A stretch of DNA of 64,000 nucleotides, taken from the NCBI GenBank assembly GCA_002395235.1, contig DGWK01000008.1, forward strand, positions 34,174 through 98,173. Direction: 5' to 3'. Both the position numbers and the translations under genes were made by a program. Shown piece by piece: positions 54,921-64,000 of the stretch (positions within the stretch are counted from its first letter, which is position 1; the number at the start of each line of letters is the position of its first letter). The DNA is from Lachnospiraceae bacterium UBA4260 (GTDB taxonomy: Bacteria > Bacillota > Clostridia > Lachnospirales > Lachnospiraceae). Under the pieces are notes generated by a model. The model saw nothing but the letters and a program-made list of their open reading frames with translations. It had not been told where the DNA came from and did not search any database.

Positions 54921-57725
54921 CTACACGTTCCCGTTTTTTGCGCGATCCGAGACTTCCTTCCAATACGCTTTTTCCGCATCCGAGCAAGTCGACAATATTT
55001 TGCGGCGTTCTGCCAGCTTCTCCTCTGTCTCTTTTTTGACTGTATAACCGTATTTTGCGGCGTCTTCTTCAAGCTGTTTGAGCCGTTTTTTGTACTTTAC
55101 AACTTCTTTTGCCACTTTCGTTTTGAAATTAGCCAGGAAACGTCTCTCTTCTTCTCTGTGTCCAAGGGCCCCCGGTGTCTCAAATACCACTGCAAAAGGA
55201 GAATAGTAAGCATATACGGTTATATGTAAGTTCTGTGCGTCATGTATGATTGCGGAATAAGTACGGCTGAGCCTGCTGCGGATATTCTTAAGCTCCTCTT
55301 CATAATAGCTGTAGGAAGAGCTGTCCGGCTCATAATTCTCCATTCTCTTCTCCATGGCCCAATATTGCCGTAAGACATCAAAGAATTTTTTCTTTCTCTC
55401 TTCAATATCATCCCATCTCTTCTGCCAGCCCATCGATGCTATTTCAAGAGAGGCTGCAAGATCTCTGTGATACCCTTCGAGAGAGCCTAGACTCTGCAGG
55501 ATCACCGCGTCGTCCAGATTGCCTTCCTTGGCTTCAAAATAGGGAATCTGAACTTCAAATGGTTTGAGCAGCGGCTCATAGCTGCACAGCGCCTGACCGG
55601 GTGTGAACACCGCCATTTTTTCGAGCTGATCCGGATTGGCCGACATAGTGCCGCCGAGCAGACTCCGGTCATCCTGTGCCGTGATCCTCAGGCCGATCTT
55701 CAGCGAAGTGTTTTTAATGACTTCCGGTGCCATGGCCGTGGGAAGCTGGTCGGCGATCACGATTCCTTCTCCCAGAGCTCTCACCTCGGCGAGCATCTTG
55801 ACGATATATGCAGTCGCCGCTGTCTTTGGATCTGCGTCTTCCCCGCCTTTGGGCTGGGCCACAGGACCGATCAGATTGTGGGCTTCCTCCAGGAACATGA
55901 CATGGCGGGGTTTTCCCCCCAGCGCTTTCTTGTCGTAGTTCTCTACTTTCAGCGTCTCGCGGATCAGGGTCGCTATGAGAAGCGTCATATAATTGGCCGG
56001 ATCCGTGCCGAGAGACTCCAGTTCTACAATTGCCGATCTCTTTATCCACTCTTCCGGCGGCACCGTCGATTTTGGCACATCAAAAATATCGCCCATTTCT
56101 CTTGTCATCAGTGAGCCGATACGGACCTGCAGTGCCGACTTGAGGTTGCTCCTCACTTCCGGAGCATAATCGGACTTGTCAAGTCTCTCTTCGAGCTTTT
56201 TGTACAGCTCGCTCATTGTAGGATATGTCAGGACTCCCCGGTTGACCATATTGTGCGTCCAGTTGTGTTCTCTGTACACATCTTCCACCGAGCGGTCCAG
56301 AAGAAACGGCATGGGCGGCTCCAGATTGAACGCGCCGTCAAAGACGGCGAGAAGATTTCGGATATGCTCTGCCAGTGTCATTCCCTTAGGAAATTCAAAG
56401 GGATTGATATGCAGCGGGAACCTGGTAAAGGCGCTGGGCGAGAACAGTTCCAGGTCTCTCATATCCGGCAGCGTCGTCATGACTCGGTACTCATGCTTGG
56501 CAGGCTCCAGGACCAGGACGGGAATGCCGTGCTTTGCGTGCATCTCATGGATGAGATGCATCATGCTGTTGGTTTTCCCCGAACCGGGAACCCCTGCCAG
56601 AAACGCATGCTTGGAGAGATTCTCAAGGGGAAATTCAATACTGTGCCGCTCCGGATCTGTTCCCAGAACAAGTCCTGTCAACCCAAGGTCCGGGAGTGTC
56701 TCCTTGGGCATCTCAATATTTTCGCCGGAATAAAGGGCAGGAAGAATCCCAAATGGGACCATCTCATCCAGCAGATAGAGCTGGGACAGATAGTTCAGGG
56801 ATTCAGGCGTACCTTCCATCGCCAGATACGGAAAGGGAGTATACCCAATCTGCGAAAAGCTGCAGCCATAAGTCGTCTTTAAGGTATAATCTCCTTCCGA
56901 GAGCGCCTCCGAGGCAGCCGCGTCCAAAATGTAGGAGGCATGTTTGATATCATCTGAGAGCACATGGATATCGCATATGAAATGAGGATTCGCCGACAGA
57001 GATTCCAGCAGATCACAATAGTAATGGAGTGTGCTGTCCGCATTCTCATCTTTTTGCCCCAGTCCCGCTCCGGACGCAGAGACATTGACCTTGGCTTTTG
57101 TCAGCTGGCGAAGCTTGGGGAGGACATAAGAAAGCGTCTCCTCAAGGGTCTGCGCCATGTCGACCGGATAGGCGCTCAGAACATACAGGCAGGGGCGCCC
57201 GATCGCGTCCATGAGTCTGGACATATCATACAGTCTGGCCTCTTCGTTCATCTTCCATTCACTTACTGTATAGTACTTCTCCGTGCTCCCGCGATCCAGC
57301 GGCTTGGACTGCCTTTCTTTGCGTGTAAGGTGTACGTCGTAAGCATAGGTGCGCTCACAATCGGGAAAAGGATAGTATCCCTTCTCGGGTCTGCCTTCTT
57401 TTCTGAGTGTTCCCGCCTCATGAAACGTGTAAAACGGCGCCAGAGGCGATGACAGAATTGTCTCCTTGAGATAGCCCGCCTCCTTTGTATCCATGGTATC
57501 AAAGCGGATTCCGATCCGCAGCCTTTGTCCCTGAATGCGTTCCGGGTCATACTCGTAGAACAGATGAAAGGCGTCTCCCGGCTCCAGAAGTCCCCTGCGG
57601 TTCATCTGTCTCCAGAAAGTGCCGTGATGGGACAGCACGCCGCCGACGCCGCTCTCGTCCAGGCTCGCATACTTGCTGAGTGTCAGATCAGGGACCTCCT
57701 CGAGAATATAATAAGTTGATTCCAT
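54921..57725 (-). CDS. HerA/FtsK/VirB4-superfamily ATPase (DUF87-like), 934 aa
   Basis: KHAFLAGVPGSGKT (Walker A), VMFLEEAHNL (Walker B), MLAEVRALGEGIVIADQLP, VIKNTSLKI; coiled-coil C-terminal tail. Confidence 0.85.
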   Translation of the reverse strand: MESTYYILEEVPDLTLSKYASLDESGVGGVLSHHGTFWRQMNRRGLLEPGDAFHLFYEYDPERIQGQRLRIGIRFDTMDTKEAGYLKETILSSPLAPFYTFHEAGTLRKEGRPEKGYYPFPDCERTYAYDVHLTRKERQSKPLDRGSTEKYYTVSEWKMNEEARLYDMSRLMDAIGRPCLYVLSAYPVDMAQTLEETLSYVLPKLRQLTKAKVNVSASGAGLGQKDENADSTLHYYCDLLESLSANPHFICDIHVLSDDIKHASYILDAAASEALSEGDYTLKTTYGCSFSQIGYTPFPYLAMEGTPESLNYLSQLYLLDEMVPFGILPALYSGENIEMPKETLPDLGLTGLVLGTDPERHSIEFPLENLSKHAFLAGVPGSGKTNSMMHLIHEMHAKHGIPVLVLEPAKHEYRVMTTLPDMRDLELFSPSAFTRFPLHINPFEFPKGMTLAEHIRNLLAVFDGAFNLEPPMPFLLDRSVEDVYREHNWTHNMVNRGVLTYPTMSELYKKLEERLDKSDYAPEVRSNLKSALQVRIGSLMTREMGDIFDVPKSTVPPEEWIKRSAIVELESLGTDPANYMTLLIATLIRETLKVENYDKKALGGKPRHVMFLEEAHNLIGPVAQPKGGEDADPKTAATAYIVKMLAEVRALGEGIVIADQLPTAMAPEVIKNTSLKIGLRITAQDDRSLLGGTMSANPDQLEKMAVFTPGQALCSYEPLLKPFEVQIPYFEAKEGNLDDAVILQSLGSLEGYHRDLAASLEIASMGWQKRWDDIEERKKKFFDVLRQYWAMEKRMENYEPDSSSYSYYEEELKNIRSRLSRTYSAIIHDAQNLHITVYAYYSPFAVVFETPGALGHREEERRFLANFKTKVAKEVVKYKKRLKQLEEDAAKYGYTVKKETEEKLAERRKILSTCSDAEKAYWKEVSDRAKNGNV

Positions 57726-57791
57726 TTTCCTTCCCCCGTCGTCAGTTGATCAAATGTCGCCTCCTGCAGGAAGACTGTCCGCTCAAAAACG

Positions 57792-58274
57792 TCAGCTCTG
57801 GATCTCCGCTAGCAGATCGTTGAATTCCGCCTCTGCTTCCTCGATCGACTCCATGGCCTCTTCCGAAGCCTCTCCGAAGCTGTCCGCCGACTGGTGCGCC
57901 TGGTCGGCCGCTCCCTCCGCACTGGAACCAAATTCCGAGGAGCCGGCAATCTGTTCAAACTGGCTTGCCGCCTGCTCACTCAGTCCCTGCTGCTCCTGTG
58001 CCTCCTCGCTGGCGTCCGATGCTATATCACTGGCGCTGTCCAGAGTTTGTCTTACATTTCCTTCCATATCAGCAGTCGCTTCGCTGATTGAGGAATCGTG
58101 CACATCTTGGATTGCTTCAGTAATATCATCGTCGACGTCAGAAGGCATGCCGTCCAGAATGCTCTTGACATTGGCGATATCATCTGCATTTTCCCGTCCC
58201 AGTTCTCCTGCTTCGGCGTGTCCCTCTTTCGCTTCCTGAACTTTCCCTTGGACACCCTCTAATTTACTTCCCAT
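57792..58274 (-). CDS. Small, very acidic helical protein (160 aa)
   Basis: Asp/Glu/Ala-rich heptad pattern; RBS AAGGAGG; no WxG motif. Confidence 0.75.
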   Translation of the reverse strand: MGSKLEGVQGKVQEAKEGHAEAGELGRENADDIANVKSILDGMPSDVDDDITEAIQDVHDSSISEATADMEGNVRQTLDSASDIASDASEEAQEQQGLSEQAASQFEQIAGSSEFGSSAEGAADQAHQSADSFGEASEEAMESIEEAEAEFNDLLAEIQS

Positions 58275-58315
58275 TTCATCCTCCTTATTGTTGACAATAC
58301 TGCTTTTGGGGTGCT

Positions 58316-59023
58316 TTACTCATAGTCTCTACCGCTGTCTCCCTGTTCCTGCTGATGTCCGGGGCCCTGTGCTTGTTCGATCGTCCTGGCCCAGCCATCA
58401 GCAATCTGCTTCTGATTCTCACAGAATTGTACACCTTTCGCGTAGATTTTTTGTTTAGCTATCGCTATATCCCGGTCCTTATCCACATTTCCCTTGTTTT
58501 TACTCTCACTTTGAATTCGGCCAAAGCGATTGGACGCATTTCTGGCTTTCTCTTTTTCCCTTGCGTACCTCTGCTTGAGGCTCTCAAACATCTCTCTGAG
58601 ATTCTGCAGACGGATTCGCAGCATGTTGAGTTCATTCTGCAGCTGCTGGTACTCTTTTTTTTTCCTTTCCAGCTCCTGTACGTATGCCTGTTTTTTCCTC
58701 TCTGCTGCCTGGTGTCTCTGCTGCGCGGCCAGCATCTGGCTCATAATTGCCTGCCGCATGGCAAAATTCCCGCCGTAGCCGCTCTCGTCGTCCTCATCGT
58801 CGTCCGGTATGGAGGCCAGCTCTGCAGCCAGCCTCCCATATTCTTCTTTCGCCTCTTCGCTCTCTGCCGCTGCAGACTGAATCGCTCTGCGCAGGCTCTC
58901 CATCCGCGCCTGAATCTCTTTTTTTCTGCGAATGGCCTCCTGTGCCTTGGAACTTGCTTCTTTCAGATTCTGCTTGGCGCTGGAAGTGTCGGAATACAGA
59001 TTATCGATCTCATTTCCCGCCAT
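58316..59023 (-). CDS. Coiled-coil protein (235 aa)
   Basis: Continuous heptad-rich sequence with a central acidic loop (PDDDEDDES); 3 bp downstream of the AAA gene. Confidence 0.75.
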   Translation of the reverse strand: MAGNEIDNLYSDTSSAKQNLKEASSKAQEAIRRKKEIQARMESLRRAIQSAAAESEEAKEEYGRLAAELASIPDDDEDDESGYGGNFAMRQAIMSQMLAAQQRHQAAERKKQAYVQELERKKKEYQQLQNELNMLRIRLQNLREMFESLKQRYAREKEKARNASNRFGRIQSESKNKGNVDKDRDIAIAKQKIYAKGVQFCENQKQIADGWARTIEQAQGPGHQQEQGDSGRDYE

Positions 59024-59026
59024 TAC

Positions 59027-60853
59027 CTACTCCTTTTTCTTCGCTATGATCGCTACGCTCTCATCCTCCTGCTGGACAATGTCGAGGATCTCATAGCAGC
59101 TGCCTCTCTCCCATCCTTCATCCGTAATGGCTCTTCCCAGAGGATTGAGCAGATATTTCTCTACAACGTTTCCTATTCCTCTTCCTCCGAAACTCAGATT
59201 CTGGACACTGAGCCCGACAAGACGTTTAAAGGCGTCGGAGTCCTTGTCGAGAATGACACGGATCCCGTTGTTGTCCTTAATCCCGGTGATTATGTTATCC
59301 AGCTGCTTCTGAAGGATCAGCGGTACGGACTCTTTGCGGATGAAATCAAATACAACGAGGTTGTTTCCGATTCGGTTCAGGATCTCCGGCCTTCCCAGCT
59401 CCGAGACGAAGAAGTCTCGGACCGCCTCATTCACCCTCTCCTCGATCACGGAGTAGGGATCCTCGGGGGATACCAGCGCGACCTTTGTTCCGTCCCGCAT
59501 CGTTTTATAAATTCCCTTGTTGCTGGTAAATATGATGATCGTCTCCGTGAAATAAACCGTCTCACCTTTTGAATCAGTCATTCTTCCGTCATCCAGGATC
59601 TGAAGGAACTTGTCCAGGATACTGGGGTGCGCTTTCTCGATCTCATCAAAGAGCAAAATAGAGAACGGATGCTGCTTCACCGCATTGGTCAGCTCACCTC
59701 CGGCGTCGTATCCCACATAGCCGGGAGGCGCTCCGAGGAGCCTTTGGTCGGAGTGCTCGTGCCCGTATTCGCTCATGTCAAAGCGCAGGAGCGTACTCTC
59801 ATCGCCGAAGATGTACCTGGCCATCGCCTTCGCCATCTCCGTTTTTCCGGTTCCGGTAGGTCCGGCAAAAAAGAGAACGCCTTTAGGTCTTCCCGATGAG
59901 TGCTGCAGTCCTGACAGCCCCGCCGCGGAGCGCTTGATCACATCCGCCACCGCGTTGATCGCCGTAGGCTGTCCCTTTACATCCTTGCCCAGTGCCTCAG
60001 AGATTCCGACCAGCTGTTCCTTGCCGAGCCGGCTCCAGGGGTCGTCCTGCTGCCCATAGCGATAGGCATTGATCGCCTTGGGGGCTTCACTGAGCGAGAG
60101 CTGTCTCTCCCCGCACAGTCCCAGAACTCTGTCGAGTTCCATGTAGGTGAAGCCTTCCGTGATACCGACCAGGCGATTTTCCATTTTTTCGAGCTCATCG
60201 GCACTTAGCTTCTCGATGTCCCTGAACTCAAACCGGTGCGCGCGGATCAGTTCCAGGCGCATCTCCCGCTCCGGCTTGTTGATCGTCACCACCTTCACAA
60301 AAGGATTGTTCAAATAGATCCAGGCCGGAAGATCATTGGCCTTCTCGACAATAAAGAAAATAATGTTGTTGATCCAATTTCCGTCCAGGGATGGTGCCTT
60401 GACGGCTTCCTGCGTCGCCAGCAGGAGCGTTGCAAAGTTTTCAATTTCCGAGGCGTCCATCCGATCCGGTCCCGTTGTGAGGAGGGACGCCATATTCAGC
60501 ACGACACTGACGGATTTGTCCGTCTGCTTCACTGCCTCACGCACAGCCTTACAGGCCGCGGCGATCGACACGCCTTCTCTGCCGGATTCCAGTTTGGACA
60601 GCTGGCTGAACTCAGCGGCCTGCTGCGGATCCATGTTGTTGTAGAATCCGTCGACGCGATTATAAAACACGATATTCTGGTATCTCTCTCCGAGCAGAAA
60701 AGTATGCATATATTCGTCCAGATTTGTCAGCATCAGGCCGTAGTCGCCCGAGACATACATCTGAAGATCACTGATGTTTCCTTCAATGACAAACGCCGAC
60801 TTAATGGACCTGTATGTATCTATTTCTTCCCGCCAGCGAGGGTTCTTAAGCAT
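59027..60853 (-). CDS. ClpA/B D2-type AAA+ ATPase with degenerate N-terminal AAA-like domain
   Basis: VKGQPTAI, GVLFFAGPTGTGKTEMAKA, RFDMSEY, LLGAPPGYVGY, LLFDEIEKAHP, GRMTDSKG, RPEILNRI, FGGRGI. Confidence 0.88.
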   Translation of the reverse strand: MLKNPRWREEIDTYRSIKSAFVIEGNISDLQMYVSGDYGLMLTNLDEYMHTFLLGERYQNIVFYNRVDGFYNNMDPQQAAEFSQLSKLESGREGVSIAAACKAVREAVKQTDKSVSVVLNMASLLTTGPDRMDASEIENFATLLLATQEAVKAPSLDGNWINNIIFFIVEKANDLPAWIYLNNPFVKVVTINKPEREMRLELIRAHRFEFRDIEKLSADELEKMENRLVGITEGFTYMELDRVLGLCGERQLSLSEAPKAINAYRYGQQDDPWSRLGKEQLVGISEALGKDVKGQPTAINAVADVIKRSAAGLSGLQHSSGRPKGVLFFAGPTGTGKTEMAKAMARYIFGDESTLLRFDMSEYGHEHSDQRLLGAPPGYVGYDAGGELTNAVKQHPFSILLFDEIEKAHPSILDKFLQILDDGRMTDSKGETVYFTETIIIFTSNKGIYKTMRDGTKVALVSPEDPYSVIEERVNEAVRDFFVSELGRPEILNRIGNNLVVFDFIRKESVPLILQKQLDNIITGIKDNNGIRVILDKDSDAFKRLVGLSVQNLSFGGRGIGNVVEKYLLNPLGRAITDEGWERGSCYEILDIVQQEDESVAIIAKKKE

Positions 60854-60925
60854 ATTCTCCTCCGGGGCTTTAAACTGTACGCCCTATTATGTAAACTTTC
60901 AGTTCCCGCCACGATTACCCTGAGG

Positions 60926-61876
60926 TCAATAGTCGATTTTGAGAGGGATATTATAAATCCACAATATCTCCCCCGGCTCCATCATTCTCGCCCCTTCCAT
61001 GCGGATTCTCTCTCCGCCCGGCCCCGAATAAAAAACGCCGTTCAGACTCTTGTCTTCATTTACCTGCAGTCTCCCGGTCTGCGGGTTGGGACGAACATAG
61101 ACATGTTTCCGGCTGATCATCAGGTTTCCGTCAAACCACCGGCTTCCCAGCCCCTCCCTTCCGATCCAGGCGCCTTCTTCCGGAATCGGAATGCGGTCTC
61201 CGTAGAGATTCAGAAAAAAGGTCGATCCGGAAGACCTCTGCACGCCGATGGGCTGCCCTCCCGGCACTTCTCCGGGGCGATGGACAACCTGTCGTCCGGG
61301 CAGCACTCCGGCGCCTCCGGCTCTCTGTATTCCCGGCAGCACTCCGGTATCTCCGGTTCTCTGTATTCCCGGCTGTACTCCGGTTCCTCCGGGTCTCTGT
61401 ATTCCCGGCTGTACTCCGGTTCCTCCGGGTCTCTGTATTCCCGGCTGTACTCCGACCCCTCCGGGTCTCTGTATTCCTGGCTGTACTCCGGTCCCTCCGG
61501 GTCTCTGCATTCCCGGCAGTACTCCGCTTCCTCCGGGTCTCTGCATCCCCGGTAATGCTCCGGTCCCCGGCTGCCCGGCAGGCACAGACGCGGCTCCGGC
61601 TTCTGCCGCCCGCCTCTGAGCTTCCCGCTGCTCCGCTGCCAGCCTCTGCGCTTCCTCAGCAGCCTGCTGCTCCGTCTCCCGGGCGGCCTGCTGCTCTGCC
61701 TCCTGTGCTGCCTGCTGCTCCTTTATCTTCTGCGCTTCTTCGAGCGAGATGGGAGGGCGGCTGCGGTCGATCGGTGATCCGCAGACCGGACACCTGCTAC
61801 GCGCGATTCCCCCTTCCCTATACTCGATTTCATGGCCTCTTATGCAATAGCTAATCATGATACGGATCTCAGCCAT
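60926..61876 (-). CDS. Zinc ribbon + low-complexity linker + FHA domain protein
   Basis: C.RGH...CPVC; FHA motifs WIGRE, ISRKH, SLNGVF. Confidence 0.85.
   Translation of the reverse strand: MAEIRIMISYCIRGHEIEYREGGIARSRCPVCGSPIDRSRPPISLEEAQKIKEQQAAQEAEQQAARETEQQAAEEAQRLAAEQREAQRRAAEAGAASVPAGQPGTGALPGMQRPGGSGVLPGMQRPGGTGVQPGIQRPGGVGVQPGIQRPGGTGVQPGIQRPGGTGVQPGIQRTGDTGVLPGIQRAGGAGVLPGRQVVHRPGEVPGGQPIGVQRSSGSTFFLNLYGDRIPIPEEGAWIGREGLGSRWFDGNLMISRKHVYVRPNPQTGRLQVNEDKSLNGVFYSGPGGERIRMEGARMMEPGEILWIYNIPLKIDY
61296..61560 (-). repeat. 36-bp coding tandem repeat (12-aa unit GVQPGIQRPGGT, about 7 copies) inside the FHA gene
   Basis: Visible in both the DNA and the translation. Confidence 0.9.
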
Positions 61877-63311
61877 CTTTCATCTCCATTTTTTTCAAAG
61901 CTTTCGCTCCCCGCGCCCTTGCATAGGAGGTGTCTTTGCGAATCTCAATATTTTCTGCATTCGGCGGCTGGAGGGACGTCTGTTCAAAAGTGATTCCGAA
62001 CTCTTCTTCTAACTCCTTTGTGATGGAAGGGAGTATAGAACAGAAGTGTCTTGCTTTCTCGGTAATACTCCTCTTTTCGTCCAGGGACGCGGAGTCTCCC
62101 TTGCTCTTTCCCTGGAACTGCATCTCAAAGGCGCCGGACTGCGCTCTTGTAAAGCGAACGCCTGTCTGCTGATCCATACTGTATTCAATCTGCGTGGAAC
62201 CGTCTTCCCTGACATCCATATCCACAAATTCCAGGTTGTGGCGCTTCATGACCACAGTGATCGCATTGGTCACATACTGGCGCTCTCTTCTCGCTTTGTA
62301 TTCCTCGATCAACTCCTCTGTCTCCGCTCTCATGTCTTCAACCAAATAAGGATCTGACAGATCTTCCTCGGAATACACGGGCTCTATGCCGAGTTTTTTG
62401 GCGATCGAAATATACAGATACAAGTCATCCAGGGCTTTGCCGGATGTTTGTCTGCGCTGCGCCATAAACTCTGCGGCGCGGTCCTCCAGTTCACTGAGCC
62501 TGTGCTGGTTCTTCTGAATATAATAGTTCTGCCGGGCGGGCGCGATCTTCTCCGCCTCCTCCAGCATCTGTGACGCCTCGGATTCATAATAGGCACCCTC
62601 TACGTCCGCCACAAAACGGATCCGCTGCATAAATTTCTGCCAAGGCGTTTTTACTTCTTCTTTTTCGCCGGCTTCCGCGCCTGTGTACAGCGATACGAAT
62701 TCCTCGCTGGTATCTACGGTGCGGAAAGAGTCGGTTTCGATCCTTGCCATGCGCTGATCGATCTGCGCTATGTGCTTTTCTTTTCTTTTATCTCCCGCCA
62801 CTCCCGGAAGGACCGCCAGCACAAAGTCGTTCAGCTCCTGTAAAAGCTGTGTACTGCACCCGAACATCTTCTCAGAGCGGCGGATGGTCTCTGCCATCTC
62901 CAGGATCCTCTGATCTTTGCCAAACTCCCCTTCGAAGGCCTTCAGCGCCCGCTCCATATTCTCCATTTGGGTGCGAACCTCTTTTTCAAGGTTTTCTCTG
63001 GCTCTGGCTTCCTCCTCGATCTGCGTCTTCGCGGCATTTCTCAGAGTCTCTTCGCTGCTTCTGCGCGACTCTTCCTCTCTGATCCTCTCCTCTATAATGC
63101 TCTCGTACTCGGCGCGGTTCTGCTCCGCAAGAGCAATGATCTGCTCCAGCTCTGATTTCTTTTGAGCTTCCTCCTCCTCAGCCTTTTCCCGCCGATAAGA
63201 CTTATATTTCTCTGCCAGCGCCGAAATGCCTGCTGCTGCCAGAGAAACGACACCTACTGTCACAACAATGGGGGCTTCTACTATTGCTATTCCGGAATCT
63301 GCTGCGCTCAT
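61869..63311 (-). CDS. Long coiled-coil protein with hydrophobic N-terminal segment
   Basis: 480 aa; overlaps neighbours by 8 bp and 4 bp; N-terminal IVVTVGVVSLAAAGISAL followed by E/K/R-rich heptads. Confidence 0.75.
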   Translation of the reverse strand: MSAADSGIAIVEAPIVVTVGVVSLAAAGISALAEKYKSYRREKAEEEEAQKKSELEQIIALAEQNRAEYESIIEERIREEESRRSSEETLRNAAKTQIEEEARARENLEKEVRTQMENMERALKAFEGEFGKDQRILEMAETIRRSEKMFGCSTQLLQELNDFVLAVLPGVAGDKRKEKHIAQIDQRMARIETDSFRTVDTSEEFVSLYTGAEAGEKEEVKTPWQKFMQRIRFVADVEGAYYESEASQMLEEAEKIAPARQNYYIQKNQHRLSELEDRAAEFMAQRRQTSGKALDDLYLYISIAKKLGIEPVYSEEDLSDPYLVEDMRAETEELIEEYKARRERQYVTNAITVVMKRHNLEFVDMDVREDGSTQIEYSMDQQTGVRFTRAQSGAFEMQFQGKSKGDSASLDEKRSITEKARHFCSILPSITKELEEEFGITFEQTSLQPPNAENIEIRKDTSYARARGAKALKKMEMKDG

Positions 63312-64000
63312 ATTCCACTCTCCATCATCTGTTTTTCAATCATAGATAACATGCTCCCGTACCGGATAAAGTCCAGCCAAACCCGGAAAGCCTTGGACTC
63401 GTAAAGTTCAGCCACTTCCTGATCAAGCCCCTCGCCGGTTCCCTCGAGATAATCCAGCAGCTCTTCCGGGGAAGTCAGCGTCACCCCGTGCCAGACAAGA
63501 TCAGGTTTTTGCTGAAGGGAGATCTGCAGCTTTTTGACCGCCTCTTCCGGCCTTCTCCTTCCGATCAGCTCAATCTCTGACGCCTTGTCCACCTGCTCCG
63601 GCGTTCCGCCGTTCTGCTTCTCATAAAAACTGATCAGGCGCGCCCTGCAGAAATGGCTGAAAGGATCCCTCAGTCCATAGAGTTCCTGCGCCTCGGTCCT
63701 GTTGACAAAATCTTCCAGCGACTCGTAGTGTTCGCCTCTCCAGTAAAAATCCCTTGAAGGCCGGAGCGTCTGCATGAGCTTGAACAGACCGGCGTTCATA
63801 TCTGACTCCTGCGCATATTGCTGACAATATCGATAATACATTCCGTCAAACTGCCGCACAAAGCCGTCCAGCTTGTGCTGCTCCAGCATAAAGGTCCCGA
63901 ACTTCCAGTCGTCTCCCAGGACCGCTATCAGTTCCGGAATGTCCAATATAAGCTTAGTTCTGTACCGCAGCCCTTTTATAACCGAATGCTCTTTCTCCTC
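63308..64000 (-). CDS. Hypothetical protein, 5'-truncated by the window edge
   Basis: The frame stays open for 18 codons upstream of the ORF-track TTG (63946) to position 64000 (EEKEHSVIKGLRYRTKLI). Internal repeat WRGEHYESLEDF / WHGVTLTSPEEL. Confidence 0.7.
   Translation of the reverse strand, partial: EEKEHSVIKGLRYRTKLILDIPELIAVLGDDWKFGTFMLEQHKLDGFVRQFDGMYYRYCQQYAQESDMNAGLFKLMQTLRPSRDFYWRGEHYESLEDFVNRTEAQELYGLRDPFSHFCRARLISFYEKQNGGTPEQVDKASEIELIGRRRPEEAVKKLQISLQQKPDLVWHGVTLTSPEELLDYLEGTGEGLDQEVAELYESKAFRVWLDFIRYGSMLSMIEKQMMESGI

Noticed and set aside
54921-59023. Canonical type VII secretion (EssC/EsxA) or ICE VirB4 module
   Set aside because: Single ATPase domain with no TM or FHA N-terminus, no WxG motif in the small protein, and no relaxase, integrase or T4SS genes in view.

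Overview
Chromosomal window from a GC-rich Firmicute (gene content suggests a Clostridia/Lachnospiraceae-like anaerobe). Housekeeping blocks are helD, argC, lon, glgCD, fba, a MATE transporter, a radical-SAM pair, GDPD, aroK and bioY. They are interrupted by two long, single-strand, tightly packed accessory operons of mostly uncharacterised genes. Operon 1 (20.8-38.5 kb, visibly more AT-rich) runs: vWA membrane protein, 1182-aa tubulin/FtsZ-like GTPase, unknown coiled-coil/TM protein, TM + degenerate SF2 helicase + Zn-finger + HExxH peptidase, transglutaminase-like lipoprotein, YbjN-like protein, and a soluble ClpB-type AAA+/receiver-like/FtsH protease fusion. Operon 2 (49.2 to >64 kb) runs: open N-truncated ORF, coiled-coil protein, Zn-ribbon/FHA protein, Clp-type AAA+, two coiled-coil proteins, HerA/FtsK-like ATPase, Sel1 membrane protein, coiled-coil + papain-like (C39-like) protein, a possible immunity protein, YARHG protein, CrtO-like protein and an unknown ORF. 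Smaller signals include a Ser/Thr kinase missed by the ORF track, a DUF2828 (TROVE/vWA-like) gene bracketed by perfect 25-bp inverted repeats, a 64-bp palindromic tandem array, a CIRCE element before lon, and a BirA operator plus structured leader before bioY. All family calls come from motif recognition by eye; no database searches were run. No rRNA, tRNA, CRISPR array, integrase or transposase was recognised.
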